Assembly (NCBI GenBank): GCA_963804165.1
Contig: CAWDPO010000023.1
Coordinates: forward strand, 204,967-268,966
DNA from: an uncultured delta proteobacterium
GTDB lineage: Bacteria > Desulfobacterota > Binatia > UBA9968
Length of the DNA stretch: 64,000 bases
Reading direction: 5' to 3'
Positions 52,833-62,885 of this stretch are shown here, one piece after another (position 1 is the stretch's first letter; the number at the start of each line of letters is the position of its first letter). A program made the position numbers and the translations under genes. The notes under the pieces were generated by a model, which saw only the letters and a list, made by a program, of their open reading frames with translations, searched no databases and was not told where the DNA came from.

Positions 52833-54320
52833 CAGTCCGTGGTGAAAGTCCGTGTTGGCTTCAACAAATAACAGAAAATTGATTGGATCATTGGTCACAC
52901 CAGCTAAGGCATAGTACAGTCGAGTGCATGGCGATGGGAAAACGTAAGCAGAGGTTGAGGCAATCGACGATATGGATCGCCACGAGCGATCTGCCGACGA
53001 CGGCCGCACATCCATTCTATGAGCGGATCAATCAGATTTTGGATAAAGCCGGGTTCGATGCGCATGTGGAGAAGTTGTGCGCGCCGTTTTACGCCGAGCG
53101 GATGGGCCGGCCGAGTCTGGCACCGGGTCGCTATTTTCGCCTGCTCGTTGTCGGGTACTTTGAAGGGCTCGATTCCGAGCGCGCGATAGCCTGGCGCGCC
53201 GCCGATTCGTTTGCGTTGCGCCAATTTTTGGATTTGGAGTTGCCGGAGGCACCGCCCGACCATTCGACGATTTCGCGCACACGTCGGTTGATCGACTTGG
53301 AGACGCACCGGGAGGTTTTCACTTGGATTCTCAATCAGCTCGCTGAAGCGGGCTTGGTCAAGGGCAAAACGATCGGCATGGACGCGACCACGCTCGAAGC
53401 CAATGCGGCGCTGCGCAGTATCGTGCGACGCGATACGGGTGAAAACTATCAGGAGTTTCTCACCCAGCTGGCCAAGGCCTCCGGCATTGAGACGCCCACA
53501 CGCGAGGACTTGGCGCGCCTTGACCGCAAGCGCAAGAACAAGGGCTCCAACGATGACTGGACCCATCCCCATGACCCGGACGCCAAAATCACCAAGATGA
53601 AGGATGGACGCACGCACTTGGCGCACAAGGCCGAGGACGCGGTCGATCTGGAGACGGGGGCGGTGGTGGGCGTGACCGTGCAGGGCGCCGATCAAGGGGA
53701 TCCCACCACGAGTATCAAGACGCTGATTGAGGCCGCCGAGCAGATCGAGGCGGTCATCCCTGAGAGCGATGGGCCAAAAGAGGTCGTCGCCGACAAGGGG
53801 TATCATAGCAATCAAGCGCTGGTGGCCCTGGAAGCGGTGGGCGTGCGCAGCTACATTTCGGAGCCCGATCGCGGGCGGCGAAACTGGAAGGATAACCCCG
53901 AGGCGCGCAACGCCGTATATCGCAACCGCCGACGGATTAGCGGCGTACGCGGCAAGCGGCTGCTCCGTCAGCGGGGGGAACTCCTCGAGCGGCCGTTTGC
54001 CCATCTGTATGAAACTGGAGCGATGCGACGTGTCTACCTGCGGGGTCATCAGAACATCCTCAAACGCATACTGCTACATGCCGCGGCGTTGAATCTTGGA
54101 TTGTTGATGCGAACACTGTTCGGTGTGGGCACGCCGCGCAGCCTGCAGGGCCGCCTGGCGGCGCTTTTTGCAGTTGTATGGTCATTCGTAAGGTCCTCAG
54201 AAACGCTTTGGGAGCGTCTTCGAAGCTGGTATCGACCGATAACACGACGATCGCCTTTCACATGTCTACCAAAGTGGAGCGAATCAAATTCCCGCTCGTG
54301 AGCTCTTTTGCCACGGGCTG
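52833..54320 (+). mobile_element. IS1182/IS5-like insertion sequence with CTAG target duplication
   Basis: CTAG at 52829..52832 and 54321..54324; terminal IRs CAGTCCGTGGTGAAAG / CAGCCCGTGGCAAAAG (13 of 16 match). Confidence 0.88.
52928..54301 (+). CDS. DDE transposase (DUF772 + DDE)
   Basis: GRPSLAP, PDHSTISR, MDATTLEANA, VADKGY, LERPFAH. Confidence 0.92.
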   Translation: MAMGKRKQRLRQSTIWIATSDLPTTAAHPFYERINQILDKAGFDAHVEKLCAPFYAERMGRPSLAPGRYFRLLVVGYFEGLDSERAIAWRAADSFALRQFLDLELPEAPPDHSTISRTRRLIDLETHREVFTWILNQLAEAGLVKGKTIGMDATTLEANAALRSIVRRDTGENYQEFLTQLAKASGIETPTREDLARLDRKRKNKGSNDDWTHPHDPDAKITKMKDGRTHLAHKAEDAVDLETGAVVGVTVQGADQGDPTTSIKTLIEAAEQIEAVIPESDGPKEVVADKGYHSNQALVALEAVGVRSYISEPDRGRRNWKDNPEARNAVYRNRRRISGVRGKRLLRQRGELLERPFAHLYETGAMRRVYLRGHQNILKRILLHAAALNLGLLMRTLFGVGTPRSLQGRLAALFAVVWSFVRSSETLWERLRSWYRPITRRSPFTCLPKWSESNSRS

Positions 54321-54555
54321 CTAGATGCCACTGGCCCTCCGTCTGACACCGCTGTCTGCCCAACTATTAAGTGAACTGCCGGCTCTTCCGGCGGGTTATC
54401 CGGGAACCCGAAATCTGAGAAGAGCAAAATGAGCTGCAATATCCGTCAACAAGCCGTGCTTTGTCAATCGTTTCACCCGACAAACGCTGCCCGCAGAGCG
54501 GTATATCCAGATATCAGCCCGCGGTGTATCTTGGCGGATCAACCGAAATCGCCGT

Positions 54556-54613
54556 AGGATTGAACTGAACGACGCTTCAAAGAAATCTGGCGGGATTAAG
54601 CAGAAGGAGAATT
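54556..54613. repeat. palindromic site, left part (interrupted; remainder at 57140..57154)
   Basis: AGGATTGAACTGAACGACGCTTCA...GAAGGAGAATT| then element then |ATTCAGTTCAATCCT. Confidence 0.9.
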
Positions 54614-54760
54614 GGACTAAACCGCTTCGCGGTAGGCCGGAGGGCCGGAGTCCCTGCCATGACGTTCTTCCTGCTTTAGTTTTGCAGTTATCATTTTTTT
54701 GACGGTGTGTCGTGTCGCAGTGATAGCCTCAGTGAAAATTTTTCACTCAAGGAGGCTGTC

Positions 54761-55606
54761 ATGGGAGCATTACGAGACCGGATGATCGAGGAGATGAAGC
54801 TGCGGAACTTTTCGGCTGCAACACAGAAGACGTACGTCTACGCGGTGACACGGCTAGCGAAATATCATGGCAAAGCGCCGGACCAGCTCGGTAAGGAGGA
54901 GATCCGAGCCTTTCTTGTGCATCTGATAGTGGAGCGGAAGTTATCGCCCAATGGTCTGACCGGCTACTGCTCGGGGCTGCGGTTTTTCTATAACGAGACT
55001 CTGGGATGGGACGAGAACAAGCTGTTCATTCCACCGCGCAAGCAATCGTCACCTCTGGCGGAGGTCTTCAGTCCCGAGGAAATCGTGCGTCTGATCCGCG
55101 CGGCCCGAGGTCTCAAGCAGCGTGTGCTGTTAATGACCGCCTACTCGGCTGGACTGCGAGTCAGCGAGTTAGTCAATCTCAAGGTCAACGACATCGATCC
55201 GGCGCGCATGACGCTACGTATCAGGCAAGGTAAAGGCGGCAAAGACCGTTACGCGATTTTGTCGCAGAACCTCCTTGCGGAACTGCGTGTGTATTGGAAA
55301 CGCTACCGGTCCGCGGTCTGGCTTTTCCCCAACCGAGCCAAGAACGGCCCTTTGAGTCGAAACGAAGCGTGGCACATCTTCAATTCGGTCAAGAGAAGAG
55401 CGGGCCTTAAAAAGGGCCGTGGCATACACAGCCTGCGGGCATGTTTTGCCACTCATCTGTTGGAAGCGGGTGTGGACCTACGCTCGATCCAGTTGTTGAT
55501 GGGGCACACCTCGCTTATGTCTACCCAGCGCTACTTGAGGCTATCGCCACAGAGCGTCAACCGTGCCCTTAGTCCGCTCGACCGATTACCGTTAACGACG
55601 GTCTAA
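54761..55606 (+). CDS. tyrosine recombinase
   Basis: Identical to 46870..47715. Confidence 0.95.
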   Translation: MGALRDRMIEEMKLRNFSAATQKTYVYAVTRLAKYHGKAPDQLGKEEIRAFLVHLIVERKLSPNGLTGYCSGLRFFYNETLGWDENKLFIPPRKQSSPLAEVFSPEEIVRLIRAARGLKQRVLLMTAYSAGLRVSELVNLKVNDIDPARMTLRIRQGKGGKDRYAILSQNLLAELRVYWKRYRSAVWLFPNRAKNGPLSRNEAWHIFNSVKRRAGLKKGRGIHSLRACFATHLLEAGVDLRSIQLLMGHTSLMSTQRYLRLSPQSVNRALSPLDRLPLTTV

Positions 55607-55609
55607 GCC

Positions 55610-56800
55610 GTGGGCGCCGGCTCTGGACAGCCGGCAGCAAGAGGCGGCGTTGAACTGGCCGATATTTTTCGCGCCTATGGCGAGTCGTATCGCCGCCACC
55701 ATCCGTTGCCGGTCTCCCATCTTAAGGTTATGCAGGCCGTGGAGCGCTGTCGCACTGCAGCTCTCGGAGGCCACCTCCAGCAGTGTGATGCCTGTGGCTT
55801 CGAGCGTCCCGCCTACAACTCCTGCCGCAATCGACACTGCCCTAAATGCCAATCGTTGGCGAAGGTCAAATGGCTCGATAAACAAAAGTCAGAACTGTTG
55901 CCGACCGGATATTTTCATCTGGTCTTTACCTTGCCGCACGAATTGAACCCGTTGATCCTGATCAACAAGAAACCTCTCATCAATATCCTGTTTCAATCGG
56001 TCTGGCAGACCTTGGCGCAGTTTGCCCGGAGTCATCTCGGTGGGAGCTTGGGGATCACCGCAGTTCTGCACACCTGGGACCAGACCCTGTTGGATCATTT
56101 TCATCTGCACTGTCTGGTTCCCGCCGGCGCGTTGTCCTTTGATCGAAACCGCTGGGTCCCGGCGCGTCAGGACTTTCTCTTTCCAGTCAAAGCCCTGAGC
56201 CGGGTCTTCCGCGCTAAGTTTCTCGACTCGCTCAAAAAGAGCTTCGATCAAAGCAAGTTGCTCTTCGTCGGACAGATCGCGCCCTTGGCCGACGCCGACA
56301 GCTTTGGTGTACTTCTCAATGGATTGCGGAAAAAACCGTGGGTGGTCTATGCCAAAAAACCATTTGGCTCTCCCGTCTATGTCCTTGATTACTTAGCTCG
56401 CTACACTCATCGTGTAGCACTCTCCAACGATCGCATCTGCTCGCTCCACAACCGGGAGGTCACCTTCACGTACCGCGATCGGAAAAATGAAGATCGACGT
56501 AAATTGATGACGCTGGGGGCCGAGGAGTTCATTCGACGCTTTTTGCTCCACGTCATCCCCAAGGGTTTCATGCGGGTGCGCCACTACGGCTTTTTAGCCA
56601 ACCACCGCAAAGATTGTCTGTCGAAGTGTCGTCAACTCGTGGGACTTTCACCTGCACTCATCCCACCTCCTCAACGCTCTCCTGACGAGTTGATGCTGGC
56701 ACTGAGGGGCATCGATATCCATCGCTGCCCCCGCTGCCAGACCGGAACGCTGATGTGGGTCTTCGACTTGGCGGTCTCCCGACCGTGGGATTCGTCGTGA
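55610..56800 (+). CDS. IS91-family Y2 (HUH) transposase
   Basis: Identical to 47719..48909. Confidence 0.95.
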   Translation: MGAGSGQPAARGGVELADIFRAYGESYRRHHPLPVSHLKVMQAVERCRTAALGGHLQQCDACGFERPAYNSCRNRHCPKCQSLAKVKWLDKQKSELLPTGYFHLVFTLPHELNPLILINKKPLINILFQSVWQTLAQFARSHLGGSLGITAVLHTWDQTLLDHFHLHCLVPAGALSFDRNRWVPARQDFLFPVKALSRVFRAKFLDSLKKSFDQSKLLFVGQIAPLADADSFGVLLNGLRKKPWVVYAKKPFGSPVYVLDYLARYTHRVALSNDRICSLHNREVTFTYRDRKNEDRRKLMTLGAEEFIRRFLLHVIPKGFMRVRHYGFLANHRKDCLSKCRQLVGLSPALIPPPQRSPDELMLALRGIDIHRCPRCQTGTLMWVFDLAVSRPWDSS

Positions 56801-57146
56801 AGATCGCTCGATCAAATCAAAACCAGAGTCTTGCTGTTGCTCAGTGCCGGAGCCAATGCAGCGCTGTATTCTGTTCCGCCATTTTCCCTGCTACTAGCCC
56901 GCGCTACAGTGCGCGCAGCTCCCTGCTCGCCGCTACAAACCACATCCCATACCGCCCCATCATCTTGTTGCTCACCACTCAGCAGCGTCCGTTTACCTCA
57001 TCCTTTCCTGTTCAATCCCCATAGGCAACGACTCTTGCCTCTCCCAGCGCTTTAGTCCAATGGGTTTTAACCTGAATGCGCCCGTTCTTCCCAGCTATCA
57101 CCGATCGTTCTGCGCTCGCATTCAGGTTAAAACCTATACATTCAGT

Positions 57147-57407
57147 TCAATCCTGCGCTTTCTGTTGGCCTGAAACGTTCACTTGATTACCTTGTCCGCT
57201 CTCAGCCGCGACGCCGGAAAAGAGCAACAGTGGGGTGAGCAATCCCAGGTGCTTGATCACCACAAGAATAATCACGCTCGCCAGCACTCCGACCGATAGA
57301 CTTGTATTCGACGAAATGTAGTACAGGACGATTCCGTGACCGATCAGAATGGCCGCTGCCACCAGGAGTATCCAAGGCCGCGTAAGCAGACGCCTGTGTC
57401 CCATCAT
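57147..57407 (-). CDS. small two-TM membrane protein
   Basis: ATG overlaps the methyltransferase stop; two hydrophobic helices; stop codon falls inside the palindrome arm. Confidence 0.55.
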   Translation of the reverse strand: MMGHRRLLTRPWILLVAAAILIGHGIVLYYISSNTSLSVGVLASVIILVVIKHLGLLTPLLLFSGVAAESGQGNQVNVSGQQKAQD

Positions 57408-58079
57408 GGTATCGGCCTGTTCGTTGCGGTGTTCGTAATTGCGTGCGGCGATGGGGCCATCGCGAGAACAAAATGCAAGTCGCGGAGTCCCACCGCACCG
57501 CTCTCGGCAATGTTTAAACCCGCTTCGCTTAGCGTGCCAATGATGTCGCGCAGCTTGACGTAACCATGGCGGTGAAAGTGCGCGAGGAAGCCTTTTTTTC
57601 CTCGCCGGCGCCTCCGAAATCAACGACAAGGACGCGTCCACGCGGCTTCAGCACCCTGCGCATCTCGCAGGCGCATTCCAGACGTGCTTTGCGCGGCAAA
57701 TGATGAAGCATCACCGAGCTTAGCACAGCGTCGAATTGAGCGTTGGGAAACGGCAGCGCCTGAGCAAGCCCATTCTTGAAGAAAACCTCGACGCCGGCTT
57801 TTCTCGCCTTGTTGCTTGCTCTCGCAAGCATCTCCGGCGACGCATCGATCCCATACACCGTGCCGGTCGGCCAGACATGCCGTTTGGCCGCGATCGCAAG
57901 GGTTCCGGTCCCGCAGCCCACGTCCAGGACCGACTCGCCAGGCTCCAGGCGCGCCAGTCGGAGAACTTTCTCACAAACGCCCCCTCCCGGCCGAGCATGA
58001 CCAGCCTGACCATGAGATCATAGGCACCCGCCGCGTGCAGCACCTGGCCGATTGGACCGGACTTGTGATTCTGTTCCAT
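57404..58079 (-). CDS. class I SAM methyltransferase (UbiE-like), frameshifted
   Basis: DVGCGTG, GIDASPEML, ALPFP..FDAV.SS.MLHH, EMRRVLKP across three frames. Confidence 0.78.
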
Positions 58080-58247
58080 CGTTATCCTCACTTGGCATTC
58101 CTGAATAAAAGTATCAAAGTGGAAATCGAATTCAGTTTCGAGTGTAGCTGAAAAGCCAACCGAGTGAAGGGACAGCAAACGTAGACGTGTCCGATAGCGG
58201 ACAAAAACACTCACGTTGTTCATCTCCTGCGGAGGCTCAGAGGAAAA

Positions 58248-58840
58248 GTGACGCTAACAGCAAACCCAGCTAAGGATCGGCGGATTCAAAAGACGCAACG
58301 CCTCTTGCGTGAGGCGCTCGCTTCTTTGATTCGCGAAAAGCCCTATAACTCCATCGTTGTGAAACAGATTCTCGATCACGCCAACGTCGGCAGATCGACC
58401 TTCTATACGCACTTTCGCGACAAAGACGATCTGCTCGTCAGTTGCATACATGATATGCTTCACTCCGTTGACGCGATGGGCTGGCGTCCGCGGGAAAAGG
58501 TTACGAAACAATGATTGGGTTCAGCCTTCCCATCTTCGAGCATATACATCGGCACATGCATACCGGCGAGGCAAAAATGGGCAGCAAGAGTCGAGAGGTC
58601 ATTCATGAACGCCTTCGCAAGGTGCTCGCTGAGCTGATTGCCGATGACATTCGAAAAGATTTTCAAGGCCGGCGAAAAACGGCGGGCCAGATTTCACTGG
58701 ACCTTCTTGCTCAATACGTGACTTCGACATTCATTCTCGTGCTCAATTGGTGGGTGGAGTGTGGTCGGCTTCCTCCGAAGGAAGCCAATGACTTGTTTCG
58801 TGCGCTGATCTTGCCGACGCTGGCTGCCAACTTGGAGTGA
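58248..58840 (+). CDS. TetR family regulator, frameshift near 58490
   Basis: DRRIQKT...ANVGRSTFYTHFRDK HTH; C-terminal half in 58511..58840; divergent from the methyltransferase. Confidence 0.82.
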
Positions 58841-58896
58841 ATGAAATAGAGCGCTGGACATTCAATGGGACAAAACGTGCGGAGGAGAACACCAAC

Positions 58897-59140
58897 ATGG
58901 CATACTTTACACGGCGCTCATTGTGCCGCGGGTTTGCTGCAATGGCCGTTCTCCCCCTGGCGGCGCGGTGCGGAGCGATGGCGCAGACTTATCCGGAGCG
59001 CAAGATCCAAACGAGTATCCTCGAAGTTCCCGGCGCTCGATCTATGAGACTCACGGCAGGGCCCGGTCATGCTCATGGTTCCGGGGGCCAGCGGCACAGC
59101 CGAAAGCTCCAGCGGTGTAGTAAGCCGCCAGATGTTCCGT
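58897..59140 (+). pseudogene. 5' fragment of a Tat-exported (alpha/beta hydrolase-like) gene
   Basis: GGAG RBS, TRRSL twin-Arg signal, LEVPGAR, then frame break and truncation. Confidence 0.4.
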
Positions 59141-59328
59141 GACGTGGTGCGCAGATTCTATGTCCGAGATCCGTTCGGAAAGCTGATAAACATTTTACAA
59201 CATGAGTGAGATGTTGCGCGGCTAACAGCCGGCGCGGCGTGCTTGGATTATTCCACAACTGATTGCTCCCAGGCTTTGAGGAATAAAACGCTATACGTTA
59301 GGCCGCCCCTCACGCGGATGACAAAAGA

Positions 59329-60787
59329 ATGTCTGTACACTCAGTGATGAACCGGTCGCCATATCACTTGGGTTTCTGCACCCTGGATACGGAAACTAGC
59401 TTGGACGACCTGCCCGTCCGAGGCACGGTTCCGCCCTGGCTCACCGGCACCTTGGTGCGGACCGCTCCAGCGAAGTTCGAGGTGGGTGACCGGAGCTACA
59501 ATCATTGGTTCGACGGGCTGGCCATGCTGCACAAGTTCGCCTTCACGGGCGGTCGCGTCGCGTATGCGAACCGCTATCTCCGTAGCCGGTCGTATCTTGA
59601 GGCGACGACAACGGGTAAGATCAGTCGGGGCGAGTTCGCCACCGACCCATGCCGGACCCTGTTCCACCGCGTGGCCGCCTGGTTCTGGCCGAAGTTCACT
59701 GATAACTGCAACGTCAGCGTCAATAAATTGGCCAGCGAGGTCGTCGCCTACACCGAAACGCGGATGCCGATTCGCTTCGATCCGGACACGTTGAACACGC
59801 TCGGTGGGTACGACTATGACGAGCGGATCAAGGGGCCGGTCTCCACTGCGACCCGCACCTCGACCACGCGCGAGGTCGGCACTACACCTACATGTTGGAA
59901 TTTGGTCGGAGGAGCAAGTATCACCTCTTTGGCATCGATCAGGGGACGGGACGAGAGGTGGTCGTCGCCACGCTCTCTGCCGACCGACCCGCGTACATGC
60001 ACTCGTTTGGGATGAGTGAACGGTATCTTGTCCTGGTGGAATTCCCTCTCGTGGTCAACCCGCTTCGGCTCAAGTTCAGTGGCAAGCCGTTCATCCGGAA
60101 TTACCAATGGGAACCGGATCGCGGGGCCCGGTTCCACGTCGTCGATAAGGAGAGCGGGCAAGTGGTGCGGACAGCGCGGAGCGGGGCGGTCTTTGCCTTC
60201 CATCACGTCAACGCCTTCGAAGAGGGCGACGAGATTGTAGTGGACATCGTAGCCTTCCCGGATTCAGGCGTCATCGATCAGCTTTACCTCGAGCATCTGC
60301 GGTCGGCCGAGCCGGTGATGACGACAGGGAAGCTTACCCGCTTCCGTATCGGCTCGAGTGGCGACGCCCCTGACGAGAGGCGTTGGAGGCCCCGATCTAG
60401 TTTCCCCGCATTAACTACCGCTGCCGCGCCGGACGGCGGTACAGCTACGTGTACGGAGCTGGGAATGAGGTGCAGGGAAACTTCATCGACAACCTCGTGA
60501 AGTTGGACCTAGAGCATAATACGACCTCGTCTTGGTACCAGGAGGGCTGTTACCCCGGAGAGCCTGTATTCGTGGCGAGACCGGATGCGGCGGACGAGGA
60601 CGACGGGTCATACTCTCGGTTGTGCTGGATGCTAAGAAGGCCGCGTCCTTTCTGCTGATCCTGGACGCCTCGAGCTTTCGGGAGTTGGCCCGCGCGGGAG
60701 GTGTCACACCACATCCCGTTTGGGTTCCACGGGAATTACTTCGCGGAGACGAGCGGGCCGGAGTCGTTTCGAGACCTCCACCGATAA
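59329..60787 (+). CDS. carotenoid oxygenase (RPE65/LSD) family protein, several frameshifts
   Basis: V.G.VP.WL.G, HWFDGLAM, YMHSF, FHHVNAFE and GEPVFV motifs in successive frames. Confidence 0.82.
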
Positions 60788-61057
60788 CGCATTGCCCCAA
60801 AGACCTACACCCAATAACCCCACACCTCCCCCCCTGAACTCACGCCCCGAAATGCGGGGCGCCCAGCGGGGCTAGGAAGGCGGCCCAACAATCATGGTTG
60901 CTCGCGTCCCACCAGCACCAGAATTCTGGTGTGCGGTTTTGCCTGTATCGCGCGTCTTTTCTCCCCAGGAGGATCTGTCATACTTCTGTAGGGGATGTCG
61001 AATGCGCTCACCCGGTTCGACAATAGGGGAGTGAGTTGCAACGCAAAGGAGAAGACC

Positions 61058-61816
61058 ATGAGTGTGACTTTCCCGAACGAAACGCTGAACTATAGGAGCG
61101 CGCGTACTGCCCTGTTAGAGCGCGAGGTGGCGCTCCGGCGGCAAATGGAGGCCGTCGCAACTGAACTGCGGGCGCTGCCGCCGGGCGGCGAAGTGCCGGA
61201 AGACTATTCATTCGACTGCATCGGCGCGGACGGCGCGCCTTCGACGGTGCGCTTGTCCGAGCTGTTCCGCGGCGGCGACACGCTGACGCTCTACCACTAC
61301 ATGTTCCCCCGCCATGCCCAGGACACGCGGCCGGGGCCGACGGCCGGAGCCATGGCGCAGGTACCACTCGCCGAGGGGCCGTGCCCTTCGTGCACCGCGC
61401 TCATCGACATGTGGGAGGGAACGATGCCCCATTTCGAGGGGCTCGGCGGCAACCTCGCCGTCGTCGCAAAGGCCCCGATCGAGCGGGTCGTGGCGTTCGC
61501 GCGCGACAAGGGATGGAAGCACATCAGGTTGTTGTCAGCTGCGAACAACACCTTCAAGCGGGATTATCATGGCGAGGACGCGGAGGGTCAGCAGGTCCCG
61601 ATCATGACCGTATTCAAGCGATGGCCTGACGGGGCGATCCGGCTGCATTGGGCGTCCGAGCTCATATTCGAGCCGACCGATCCGGGTCAGGACATGCGGC
61701 ACTTGGGCACTGTCGAGCCGCTTTGGACGCTGTTCGACCTGACGCCCGGGGGGCGGCCGAACGCGGACGAGCAGATCCAGTATGATTGCTGCCATTCAAA
61801 CGGCCGGTCAGCTTGA
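61058..61816 (+). CDS. DUF899 thioredoxin-like protein
   Basis: R..LL..E..L, LPPGG, LSELF, YHYMF, CPSC. Confidence 0.85.
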   Translation: MSVTFPNETLNYRSARTALLEREVALRRQMEAVATELRALPPGGEVPEDYSFDCIGADGAPSTVRLSELFRGGDTLTLYHYMFPRHAQDTRPGPTAGAMAQVPLAEGPCPSCTALIDMWEGTMPHFEGLGGNLAVVAKAPIERVVAFARDKGWKHIRLLSAANNTFKRDYHGEDAEGQQVPIMTVFKRWPDGAIRLHWASELIFEPTDPGQDMRHLGTVEPLWTLFDLTPGGRPNADEQIQYDCCHSNGRSA

Positions 61817-61991
61817 GGGCTAAATTGGCTTTCTAGTATCTTAGCGATTAGGGATGCTCGGTGGATTTGTTGCTCGGGTTTTTATTTCTGCTTACCTCCT
61901 GGAGTGACCGCCAATCCGAAAGGCGTTCATGAATGCAAGGTTCTTCCAGGAGATGGCGGTGCGATTCCGACCGTGGCGCTCTACATTTGAG

Positions 61992-62810
61992 TTATGTGGA
62001 AACTGTTCTGAGCTTCATCTGCTCCAACACCGCTCGACCGAGCAGACCGCAGGGATTGCCGAGTGTCTCGAACATTTCGAAGTGGTTATACCCTTCGCCG
62101 AGGAGGAATTTTATCGGCTTGCCTGCTTCTTTCACCGCCGCCGCGAACTCTCGGTTCTGGCGCTGGAACTCAGGCGTCTCCAGTGTCCCGTGCGCGACAA
62201 TCACTGGGGCAACCAACTTCTCAAGATGACCTTTGGGCGAGAGCTTCTCGATGACCTCTGGAGTAAATTTCACGTAGCTGGAGCGCTTCGAGAGACTGAC
62301 GGGATACAAATCATACAAACCGCTACAACAGAGTCCTCCCTTCAATACATCGGCAGGCAACCCAAAATCCTTCTCCCAGTCGGTCGTGAGCGCAACGGCA
62401 GCGAGATACCCTCCCGACGAGGTGCCTGATATATAGATCCGATTAGAATCGCCGCCAAATGTCGCGGCATTTTTGTAGATCCAGGCTATCGATCTCCGCA
62501 CCTGATCTGCCATAACCATGAGATTGCCGCCAACCTCAGGCGCATTATTGAAGTCCACGGAGATGAAATGAGCCCCCGCATCGACGAAAGTCTCGGACAT
62601 GTAAGCCGCGCCCTTGGCATTTCCACTCCGCCAAGCACCGCCATGAATAAAGATATTGATCGGAGCGTTGGATTGCTTTGTTACGTAGATGTCGACTTTC
62701 TCGATCTCAGCCGAGCCATAGGCAACACGACGTGGCTGGCCGAGACGAGCTAATGCGGCAGCGCTCTTGTGTGCATTGCGTTTACTAATTTGTGGTGCAT
62801 TTGGGAAGCA
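61992..62810 (-). pseudogene. arylformamidase-like alpha/beta hydrolase, probably 5'-truncated
   Basis: FIHGGAW, GTSSGG, SGLYDL, NHFE; reading frame runs into the repeat at 62801 with no RBS/ATG. Confidence 0.72.
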
Positions 62811-62870
62811 CCTCTCGGACAAAAGGCGGACACCATGCGATTTGATTGAAGGAGAATTCAGTTCAATCCT
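62801..62870. repeat. palindromic-site right half with extended leader (near copy of 35660..35730)
   Basis: TTGGGAAGCAC...CGGACAAAAGGCGGACA...TTTGATTGAAGGAGAATTCAGTTCAATCCT. Confidence 0.88.
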
Positions 62871-62885
62871 GCGATTGCCGCGTGG

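Larger units (their letters stand above)
54614..57139 (+). mobile_element. 2.5-kb tyrosine recombinase + IS91-like transposase element, copy 2
   Basis: Encoded proteins identical to copy 1; one visible SNP near the right end (ACCTATAC vs ACCTGTAC). Confidence 0.92.

Noticed and set aside
52904-54049. 381-aa antisense ORF and other shadow ORFs opposite recognised genes
   Set aside because: They lie antisense to clear coding sequences in GC-rich DNA and show no family motifs.
54354-54540. GCCCAAC-starting stretch as an additional attC
   Set aside because: I could not find a matching GTTRRRY box or paired L boxes.
46723-57139. Composite transposon or tandem duplication formed by the two IS91-like copies
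   Set aside because: Each copy sits in its own distinct palindrome with different loop and flanks, which fits independent insertions better.
58126-58140. TCGAATTCAGTTTCG as another palindrome copy
   Set aside because: Only a 10-nt match (GAATTCAGTT) with no other arm; plausibly chance.
60844-60860. GCCCCG-aaatg-CGGGGC hairpin as a REP or terminator
   Set aside because: Short, single copy and without a U-tract; insufficient support.
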